Below, piece by piece: positions 29,914-37,429 of a DNA stretch of 64,000 nucleotides (positions within the stretch are counted from its first letter, which is position 1; each line of letters begins with the position of its first letter). The notes beneath the pieces were generated by a model. That model was not told the DNA's origin, ran no database searches, and saw nothing but the letters and a program-made list of their open reading frames with translations. This stretch comes from a virus (lineage: Duplodnaviria; Caudoviricetes). The stretch is from positions 3,700 through 67,699 of the IMG/VR virus record IMGVR_UViG_3300010157_000061; one strand, written 5' to 3'. The position numbers and the translations under genes are program-made.

Positions 29914-31053
29914 ATGATCAAACTACTAGATATACTAAAAGAAGTGATGGTATTGAGGGAGGCGTATACTGACTTTCCAACATCTGCAGAAGAGATTGAT
30001 AATCCCGATACCAAACGACTATTTAACGCCATACAAAAATACCTATCTAGTAAACAGATTAGTATACCTGCCCCTATTGCTATAAATCCAGATAACCCTA
30101 ACGCGGTTAAGATCACAAGAAGCTTACAAAGGGACGATAAATTCGCAGACTACATCAACAAAGAACTAGGAGCAACTATTAGACCTGATGGTAAATTTAA
30201 AGTAGGTAATCTAACAGTTGCTTACGGAGAAGGATCTAGAGGAGGTAGAGGAGTGCACAGTAAAGGGTTAAAATTTGAACATGAATTAGTAAAAGATTTA
30301 GAAACTCTTTCAAAACAAGGCATCAATCAAGCCAATCAAGATGAATACCAATACCCAGACCTGATAATAGAGCTTACAAAAGAACTAAAATTAAAACCCG
30401 GCAATTTTACAGTTGAGTTAGTAGGAGAAAAAAATCAATCCCGTCCATTAAAATTTGAAAACGGAGGACCTGTAGTAGCATTTTCTGCTGGTTCTGCTGC
30501 TGAAACATTAGCAGATATCATAATTACAGTAGGATCTGAGAAATATTATCTATCAGCTAAATTCGGAACAGGAACTACATTCTTCAACTCCGGGGTAACT
30601 AAGATATTCCCTGCTAGTGAAATAAAAGCAGGGGAGATAAAAAATGCAGACGGTAAATCTTTACTAGAAACACTGGGGATAGATAATAAAACGTTCTGTA
30701 AAGTATTTAACGAGTATGGAGAATCAAATTTTGCACAGCAAAGCGGTCCTTCAGAAAAATACAATACTACAAAGCTACAAAATTTAATAAAATCCGGTAT
30801 AGGAGAAGACTATTACTTAGTTAATGGAGGTTCAAAAAATGCAGGAGTATATAAAGTAGATAGTAGCTATGCTGACCAAGCTTCCGATATAACATCTGGC
30901 GTCAACGTTGTATACTATGGAGGTACAGGTGGAGCAGGTAAGCGTGTAGATGTAGTAGTAGAATCAGCACTATACAAATTTAAGATTAATATTAGGAATA
31001 AAGCAGGTGGGGTGTACCCCTCTCATATAATGTGTGATTATATAAAAAAGTAG
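29914..31053 (+). CDS. putative PD-(D/E)XK-like nuclease with MIKL tag
   Basis: GLKFEHEL...LADIII...YYLSAK resembles a restriction-endonuclease-fold E..D..(S)xK arrangement; MIKLLDILKEVMVLREA. Confidence 0.45.
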   Translation: MIKLLDILKEVMVLREAYTDFPTSAEEIDNPDTKRLFNAIQKYLSSKQISIPAPIAINPDNPNAVKITRSLQRDDKFADYINKELGATIRPDGKFKVGNLTVAYGEGSRGGRGVHSKGLKFEHELVKDLETLSKQGINQANQDEYQYPDLIIELTKELKLKPGNFTVELVGEKNQSRPLKFENGGPVVAFSAGSAAETLADIIITVGSEKYYLSAKFGTGTTFFNSGVTKIFPASEIKAGEIKNADGKSLLETLGIDNKTFCKVFNEYGESNFAQQSGPSEKYNTTKLQNLIKSGIGEDYYLVNGGSKNAGVYKVDSSYADQASDITSGVNVVYYGGTGGAGKRVDVVVESALYKFKINIRNKAGGVYPSHIMCDYIKK

Positions 31054-31114
31054 AGTCCCAAAAACAAGTTGATTAAATGGGATTTAATTCATATCTTTAT
31101 GAAAAATAAACACT

Positions 31115-31360
31115 ATGAGTCAAGGAACATTCAAAACAATTAGAACACCAGAGGGTGTAGTCTTACACACCTACAACCAACAAGGTAAAAATCCTGTACC
31201 ACATTCTTTAGATGGTCCGGCGATCAAATACCCAGCAGGTAATAAGAAAAAAGACGAGTACTTTATATTTGGAATAGCGTACACAAAAGAAAAATGGTTG
31301 GAAGTTAAGGAAGATGCTAAGGTAAAATACATGCCTATCGACCCTAAACTAGAAGGGTAA
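31115..31360 (+). CDS. hypothetical protein (HSLDGPAI..EYF motif)
   Basis: 81 aa; preceded by TATCTTT rather than TATTTAT. Confidence 0.55.
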   Translation: MSQGTFKTIRTPEGVVLHTYNQQGKNPVPHSLDGPAIKYPAGNKKKDEYFIFGIAYTKEKWLEVKEDAKVKYMPIDPKLEG

Positions 31361-31412
31361 TCTTTCATTCCAGCTATTTATTATAAATCAATAAAAACCA
31401 TATAATAAAACA

Positions 31413-32582
31413 ATGGCAAAACAACAACTAATCAAGGAAGCATTTAAGTTACAACAAATAGCTGGAATTAGACCACTCTATGAATTCGAAAGTAGACTAG
31501 TAAGAGAAGATCTAGGATCATCAACTCATCAAGGTAAAAAAATCACCTGGGACGACTACGAAGTAGAAGAAAAAGGCATTGATGGTGGAGCTACTGATTC
31601 AGTAACACTAACCGGTATTGATGATGAAGGTAACAAGTATGATGCAATGGGAGAGATGGTTCACGGAGAATTAGACCCAGATACTATTACAGATATTCAG
31701 TTACTAGGCGGTATTCAAGAAGGTATGGATAGTGCAGATGAACTCGTAGATATACTATTAGGGCATGTAAAAGATCCAGATCAAGCTGAAAAATATGCTA
31801 GTATGGATCCAGAAATGTGGCCAGAATGGTTAGAAGCTAGTCTAAATAGAGATCCTAAGTATACTGAATTTGCAATGGAGAAGATCCAAGAAGCAGATGA
31901 CGATGACGATGCAGAAGATATGGAAGATGATTGGAATAAAGCAGACAGTGACGACGATTATGAACAAGAGCCAACTAAGAAAGATATCCAAGTAGGTGAT
32001 AAGATGGTAGGAGTGTTAGGTGGAAGCCAAAGCAGACTACAGACTCTAATGAACCAAAAAGATGCAATCTTAGCTAAATTCAAATCCGGTGAAATTTCTA
32101 TCGACCAATATAAACAAGAGATTGGTAATATACCTCAACAAATCAAGAATCTACAAGCTACTATTGAAAAACAGATGAGTGGTGGAGAGGAAGGAGAAGA
32201 TGAGATGTTAAATGAATCTGAAATTCACTATTTTTATAAAACAGACAGATACGGTTCTAGAGTATGTCATGCAAAAGACGATGAAGGTAATGTTTGGAAA
32301 GTAGATAATAGTAAGTGTAAGAGAGTAGGAACATATAATAACCAACGCGATGAAGTAAAGAAAGAGAGCGTTTTAGGAAAATATATTCGTCAAGAAGTGG
32401 TTAGAACTTTAAAAGAAAACGAAGGCGTTGAAGGAAAACAAAAACATGACTACCCTAAAGATAGATTTAAAGACGACGAAGAATACGAAAAATTCTTAGA
32501 CGATACTTTAAAAAAATTAATGGATAAAATTACTAATGACCCTAAACTATTAAATGTATTCAAGAGATTGAAAGACAAATAA
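31413..32582 (+). CDS. acidic modular protein with LQQIAGI tag (putative internal head protein)
   Basis: MAKQQLIKEAFKLQQIAGI; many [LIV]xE sites. Confidence 0.55.
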   Translation: MAKQQLIKEAFKLQQIAGIRPLYEFESRLVREDLGSSTHQGKKITWDDYEVEEKGIDGGATDSVTLTGIDDEGNKYDAMGEMVHGELDPDTITDIQLLGGIQEGMDSADELVDILLGHVKDPDQAEKYASMDPEMWPEWLEASLNRDPKYTEFAMEKIQEADDDDDAEDMEDDWNKADSDDDYEQEPTKKDIQVGDKMVGVLGGSQSRLQTLMNQKDAILAKFKSGEISIDQYKQEIGNIPQQIKNLQATIEKQMSGGEEGEDEMLNESEIHYFYKTDRYGSRVCHAKDDEGNVWKVDNSKCKRVGTYNNQRDEVKKESVLGKYIRQEVVRTLKENEGVEGKQKHDYPKDRFKDDEEYEKFLDDTLKKLMDKITNDPKLLNVFKRLKDK

Positions 32583-32590
32583 AAAAAGTA

Positions 32591-32938
32591 ATGCTAGACA
32601 CCTTAAAAAAACTAATACCGACTATAATAACCGTAGCCTTAACAGCTGCGGTTGTTTGGTTTATTATATCCAGTAATCAATCAAACATACCTATTGATCT
32701 AAAAGCTAAGATAGATTCATTATCTCAACTAGATAAACAGTTCATCATCCAACAACGTAAACTAGATAGTAGCATACATGTTGATGAAGAACATGTTCAG
32801 AATTTAGATACTAAGATAGGTAGTATAAAGGAAAAAATTACTATCGTTCGTGAATACTATCACGAAGTAAATCAAGCAACTAGTAAATATACACCAACTC
32901 AAATAGATTCATTCTTTAAAGTAAGATACACCTATTAA
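32591..32938 (+). CDS. putative inner-membrane spanin-like protein
   Basis: N-terminal TM helix (IPTIITVALTAAVVWFII) followed by coiled coil. Confidence 0.5.
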   Translation: MLDTLKKLIPTIITVALTAAVVWFIISSNQSNIPIDLKAKIDSLSQLDKQFIIQQRKLDSSIHVDEEHVQNLDTKIGSIKEKITIVREYYHEVNQATSKYTPTQIDSFFKVRYTY

Positions 32939-32939
32939 T

Positions 32940-33311
32940 ATGAAAAAACTACTATTAGTACTAACGCTGTTATGTTCACTAACTACATTACAAGCTCAAG
33001 ACACAATCAAAATACCTACTCCTATAGCTAAATCAATCATTCACGATTTGATAAGCGGAGATAGTGCTAAAGTAGAACTAAAACTAACCAAAGAAGTATT
33101 AGATTCTACCGAAAAGAAAGTCGTAATCAAGGATTCATTAATCGCTAAATGGCAGAATAAGTACATGGTTTGCGATAATAACCTTAGGAACGAGAAGACG
33201 AAATTTGAATTACAGAGTCAATACGTTACTCAATTAGAACGTGGTAAAACTAAACTAAAGGTAGTAGCAGGTTTTTTTATCTTTACAACAATCTTCGCTT
33301 TATTAAAATAA
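32940..33311 (+). CDS. putative spanin partner (signal peptide, coiled coil, C-terminal TM)
   Basis: MKKLLLVLTLLCSLTTLQA|QD signal peptide; VVAGFFIFTTIFALLK C-terminus. Confidence 0.5.
   Translation: MKKLLLVLTLLCSLTTLQAQDTIKIPTPIAKSIIHDLISGDSAKVELKLTKEVLDSTEKKVVIKDSLIAKWQNKYMVCDNNLRNEKTKFELQSQYVTQLERGKTKLKVVAGFFIFTTIFALLK
33181..33311 (+). repeat. 131-bp direct repeat copy 1 (3' end of spanin-like gene)
   Basis: matches 33952..34082 with 7 mismatches; begins with ACCTTAGGAAC. Confidence 0.95.
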
Positions 33312-33339
33312 CAGATATTTATTAATATAAACTTTAAAA

Positions 33340-33936
33340 ATGAAGAGACAAATTAACGAAGTAGTTAGAATGAGACGCCTGGCCGGTCTAATTACAGAAG
33401 CTGAAGAACAGCAAGAGCTAGAAGCAGCAGGGTCAAAACTACCTAAAATAGCTAAGATCGAAAAGAGTAGTAAGCCTGGAATCTTTCATAGAGACGGAAT
33501 ACTCTACAGCATCACCTTAGATAATGGTGACAAGGTCGAAGCAACCGATAGAACTCTATACAGTATCTTCGGAGATGATCCTTCAAACCCACAAGTATTT
33601 GTTGGTCAGGAATGGGATCAAGCCCCTTATAACGGAGATAAGCAAAACTTAAAAGAAGGTCCTGCTGTACAATTAGTAGTAAAAGCAGTACAAGCAGCAT
33701 TAGCTAAAGGAAGCACAGTTGAAGTAAACGGTGAAGAAGTAATTAGTGTAGTACCTTTAGCAGGTCGTTTTAAGACATCTAATGGTGGAATGATTAAAAT
33801 CGGAGATGTGGAAAATGTTGAGATTGATGGAGAACCCTTAGACTTAGAGATGCCAGACATAGATCAATCATCTCCTAACTTTAAATACACACCAACCGAT
33901 CCAGGTGACTCTATAACAGGTTATCATGGAGATTAA
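33340..33936 (+). CDS. hypothetical protein with RMRRLAGL tag
   Basis: MKRQINEVVRMRRLAGLITEA; internal NLKEG site. Confidence 0.6.
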   Translation: MKRQINEVVRMRRLAGLITEAEEQQELEAAGSKLPKIAKIEKSSKPGIFHRDGILYSITLDNGDKVEATDRTLYSIFGDDPSNPQVFVGQEWDQAPYNGDKQNLKEGPAVQLVVKAVQAALAKGSTVEVNGEEVISVVPLAGRFKTSNGGMIKIGDVENVEIDGEPLDLEMPDIDQSSPNFKYTPTDPGDSITGYHGD

Positions 33937-33951
33937 AAAATAAGTGATGTT

Positions 33952-34082
33952 ACCTTAGGAACGAGAAGACGAAATTTGAATTACAGAGCCAATACGTTAC
34001 TCAATTAGAACGTGGTAGAACTAAACTAAAGGTAGTAGTAGGTTTTTTTATCTTTACAACAATCTTTGCTTTACTAAAGTAG
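33952..34082 (+). repeat. 131-bp direct repeat copy 2 (start-less fragment of spanin-like gene)
   Basis: about 95% identical to 33181..33311; frame preserved, ends TAG. Confidence 0.95.
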
Positions 34083-34098
34083 GTTAATATTTATTATT

Positions 34099-34626
34099 AT
34101 GAACGAACTAAAAAGAATGCAGCAATTAGCTGGAATACTGAAAGAGAGTACTGGACTAGGAAGCAGTATGAGCTGGCTTAAAAGACTAACTCCGGAAATA
34201 GAAAAAAGCATAGACCGCTTAAAACAAAATTACCCTGACTATACAATTAAAATCACTGATAACAGTACTTGGAGAAGAGATAGACCGGACCTTAAAGGAA
34301 CTTATACATTATCTGTAGACGGACCTGTAATAACACCCGAGTTAAAGGTTGATATAGGTAGAATAGTTGATATGTCCAGGCTACAAGAAGGATTCCAAGG
34401 AGATAATGATGATCAAGATGATGGAATGAGTGGATTTAGAGGAGGAGCATTAGATAGATCAACTCCTAATGAACCTTCAATAGATAAGTCTAAACTAGGA
34501 TGGCAATCCTATCGTCTACTAGATAGATATATTACAAAGATGACTCAAGAACAGAGATTTAGACTGTATCAAACTATAGCTCAATTTCTTACTAAACAGG
34601 GTATAAAGAATCCAGATGAAGACTAA
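34099..34626 (+). CDS. hypothetical protein with RMQQLAGI tag
   Basis: MNELKRMQQLAGILKES; internal RLQEG site. Confidence 0.6.
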   Translation: MNELKRMQQLAGILKESTGLGSSMSWLKRLTPEIEKSIDRLKQNYPDYTIKITDNSTWRRDRPDLKGTYTLSVDGPVITPELKVDIGRIVDMSRLQEGFQGDNDDQDDGMSGFRGGALDRSTPNEPSIDKSKLGWQSYRLLDRYITKMTQEQRFRLYQTIAQFLTKQGIKNPDED

Positions 34627-34688
34627 TTGTTCCAATCTACCTTAGGAACATACCGTTGAACATTTCTAGACCAAATGTGCAATTTTTA

Positions 34689-34717
34689 AGCTCAACCCCG
34701 TAAGGTTGAGTTTTTTT
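34689..34717 (+). terminator. Rho-independent terminator
   Basis: CTCAACC-ccgtaa-GGTTGAG stem followed by T7. Confidence 0.8.
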
Positions 34718-34769
34718 ATATAAATATACGGTTTGATGTCCTTTTGATATATTTATATAAAATAGACTA

Positions 34770-35360
34770 ATGCCACAACAGGTAAGTAATGTAACTTATA
34801 TATATGTAGTAACAGGTATAGAAGGAAATTCCAATAAAGTGTACGTAGGTAAGACGAAAAATACTTCTCGAGAAAGGGATCATAAAAACAAGTACGGTAA
34901 TGGTATTGAATTTGCGTTTATAGACTATGTGGAGTCTTTAGAAAGAAAGTATTGGCAACCGTTAGAAACATACTGGATTGAGCAATTCAATGCATGGGGA
35001 TTTAACGTTGTTAATGTAAAGAAAAAAGGTGGGAGCGGTGTCGAATACCACACAGAAGATACTAAACAGAAGATACGAGCGAAAAATCTAGTAAGTAGTA
35101 GGAGAGGTATAGATCATCATAATTTTGGTAAACCTAACCCTGCTCTAAGTAGGTTGAATAAGTTAAAAGTAGGTAGAAACCACCCAATGTACGGTAAGAT
35201 TAATTTGGGAGCGAGCAAGAGTAGTAGTGCTAGAGTAGGTAGTAATAATCCGAACTATAGTAAAGTTTGGATAACTGATGGAATTGTAAGTAAAATGATA
35301 AATCAAGACTCAGAAGTCCCGTCAGGATTTCACTTAGGCAGAACGTACATAAGAAAATAA
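34770..35360 (+). mobile_element. free-standing GIY-YIG homing endonuclease (Seg-like, NUMOD-type tail)
   Basis: YIYVV...YVGKT, R..H, LE..WI motifs; HTEDTKQKI and NHPMYGK/NPNY repeats; directly upstream of terL. Confidence 0.8.
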
Positions 35361-35368
35361 AAACTATA

Positions 35369-36220
35369 ATGAATGAACAAGTAAATTATAAAGCAATAAT
35401 AAAACAAGAATTTGTCAAGTGTGCCACAGACCCAGTGTATTTTATGAAACGCTATTATTGGATACAGCACCCTCAACGTGGACGTATTCAATTTAACTTA
35501 TATCAATTCCAAGAACAGGTCCTACATCTATTACAGAATGATGAGTATATCATAATCAACAAATCAAGACAGTTAGGTATCTCAACCCTAGTATCTGCGT
35601 ATGCATTATGGTTGATGATATTCCAGAAGGATAAGAATATACTAGTTATTGCAACCAAGCAGGAGACGGCCAAGAACATGGTAACCAAGATAAGGTTTGC
35701 CTACGATCAATTACCGGCCTGGTTGAAAGTAAAATCAGTAGAAGATAATAGATTAAGTCTTAGACTAGCAAATGGTTCACAGGTAAAAGCAGTAGCAGCA
35801 TCACCGGATGCAGGTCGTTCGGAAGCAGTATCACTACTGATCTTAGATGAGGCTGCATTCATCGATAACATAGATACAATCTTTACCGCCGCTCAACAAA
35901 CCCTAGCCACTGGAGGACAATGCTTTGCAGTATCAACTCCCAACGGTACATCGAATTGGTTCCATAAAACCTATTCAAGGGCACAGATTAAGGAAAATAA
36001 ATTTACACCCCTTTCTTTACCTTGGACAGTACACCCGGAAAGAGATCAGACCTGGAGAAACGAACAAGATAAGACCTTAGGAGTTAGAGAAGCAGCTCAA
36101 GAGTGTGATTGTATATGGGGAGACAGCAGTGTAACAGTTCAATGCAAAGAGACAGGAGAGGTGAAAATCCTTTCGTTAGAACAGTTATATGCAGAAATGC
36201 AAGAATGTGATTATTTATAA
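35369..36220 (+). CDS. terL: terminase large subunit, N-terminal (ATPase) fragment fused to 36-aa split-intein N part
   Basis: KSRQLGIST Walker A, LLILDEAAF Walker B, STPNG; ends ...AAQECD|CIWGDSSV...LYAEMQECDYL. Confidence 0.92.
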   Translation: MNEQVNYKAIIKQEFVKCATDPVYFMKRYYWIQHPQRGRIQFNLYQFQEQVLHLLQNDEYIIINKSRQLGISTLVSAYALWLMIFQKDKNILVIATKQETAKNMVTKIRFAYDQLPAWLKVKSVEDNRLSLRLANGSQVKAVAASPDAGRSEAVSLLILDEAAFIDNIDTIFTAAQQTLATGGQCFAVSTPNGTSNWFHKTYSRAQIKENKFTPLSLPWTVHPERDQTWRNEQDKTLGVREAAQECDCIWGDSSVTVQCKETGEVKILSLEQLYAEMQECDYL

Positions 36221-36556
36221 GACTTAAGTATGATACAGTTTAAATCAAACAATAAATATAGAGTACAAACACCTAGCGGATTTAAAGATTTCTCAGGAAT
36301 GAGAAAGACTACAAAATCTAAGGTAGTAGAGATTACGTTATCTAACGGTAAATACTTGGAAGTATCAGAAGAACACAGGTTTTTAGGTATTGAAAACGTT
36401 GAAATACTAGCTAAAGATTTAATTGAAGGGATATGCCTAACAAAAAAGCTTAGTGTTACAAAGGTTAGTATTGTTGAAAAAGAAACATTTCTATATGATC
36501 TAACAGATGTAGGAGATGACAGCTACTATCTTACAGACGATATAGTATCACATAAT
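36110..36556 (+). mobile_element. atypically split intein (IntN 36110..36217, IntC 36230..36556)
   Basis: block A CIWGDS; IntC has SEEHRF (block B His), LYDL and terminal SHN followed by +1 Cys. Confidence 0.9.
36212..36219 (+). promoter_or_regulatory. putative late promoter for the IntC-TerL(C) gene
   Basis: TATTTATA overlapping the last codons and stop of the TerL(N)-IntN gene, 10 nt before ATG 36230. Confidence 0.6.
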
Positions 36557-37402
36557 TGTGACTTTATGACCTCAGGTGCTACCGTCTTAGAACCGGAATT
36601 ATTAAATTGGTACGATGCTACTTGTGCTCAGGATCCTATGCAGAGAACGGGTATAGACAGTAATATATGGTTGTGGGAGATGCCAGACTATAGTAGAACT
36701 TATGCAGTAGTAGCCGACGTAGCCAGAGGTGATGGTCGAGATTATTCATCGTTTCACATACTGGATATTGAATCAGCCAAGCAGGTCGGAGAATATAAAG
36801 GACAGCTAGATACCAGAGATTTCGGTAATATGTTAGTAGGTGTTGCCACTCAATACAATGATGCATTACTGGTAATAGAGAACACAGGTATTGGATGGGA
36901 TGTCGTACAGACGGCAGTACATAGAGAGTATAGAAACCTATACTACTCTCCTAAATCCGATGCAGCTATGACTGATATCGAAGTCTACATCTCTAAATTT
37001 GATAAAGGAGATGGTATGGTACCAGGCTTCTCAACCACGCAACGTTCAAGACCTTTAGTGATAGCTAAGATGAAATCATATATGCAAGAGAAATCTTGTA
37101 CCATACAATCTAAAAGACTCTTAGAAGAATTAAGAACCTTTGTATGGAAGCATGGCAAAGCACAAGCCCAGGAAGGTTATAATGATGACCTAGTAATGGC
37201 ATGGGCGATCGGTCTATTCCTGAGAGATACTACATTAAGATTCCAACAAGTAGGCCAAGACCTATCCAGAGCTACTCTTGGAGGTATGACAAAATCAAAC
37301 TACGGGTACCAAATCTACCAACCCACAACCTCAACCGGACAAAATCCTTGGGAGATGCCGAATCCTTACGGCCAGCAAGAAGATATTAGATGGGTCCTGT
37401 AA
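36230..37402 (+). CDS. terL: split-intein C part fused to terminase large subunit C-terminal (nuclease) fragment
   Basis: ...IVSHN|CDFMTSG; ADVARGDGRDYS, IENTGIG, NDDLVMA RNaseH-like nuclease motifs. Confidence 0.92.
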   Translation: MIQFKSNNKYRVQTPSGFKDFSGMRKTTKSKVVEITLSNGKYLEVSEEHRFLGIENVEILAKDLIEGICLTKKLSVTKVSIVEKETFLYDLTDVGDDSYYLTDDIVSHNCDFMTSGATVLEPELLNWYDATCAQDPMQRTGIDSNIWLWEMPDYSRTYAVVADVARGDGRDYSSFHILDIESAKQVGEYKGQLDTRDFGNMLVGVATQYNDALLVIENTGIGWDVVQTAVHREYRNLYYSPKSDAAMTDIEVYISKFDKGDGMVPGFSTTQRSRPLVIAKMKSYMQEKSCTIQSKRLLEELRTFVWKHGKAQAQEGYNDDLVMAWAIGLFLRDTTLRFQQVGQDLSRATLGGMTKSNYGYQIYQPTTSTGQNPWEMPNPYGQQEDIRWVL

Positions 37403-37429
37403 ACACTTAAATATTTATAAATACAACAT

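Noticed and set aside
33181-34082. 131-bp repeat pair as a diversity-generating retroelement TR/VR
   Set aside because: Mismatches are not adenine-specific (four are C/T), most are synonymous, and no reverse transcriptase is present in the window.
36074-36083. ACCTTAGGAG inside terL as a fourth recombination core
   Set aside because: Only a 9-nt match within conserved coding sequence, compatible with chance.
36221-36229. terL split as a frameshift error or group I intron
   Set aside because: Both halves carry complete intein motifs at the expected ends and the gap is only 9 nt.
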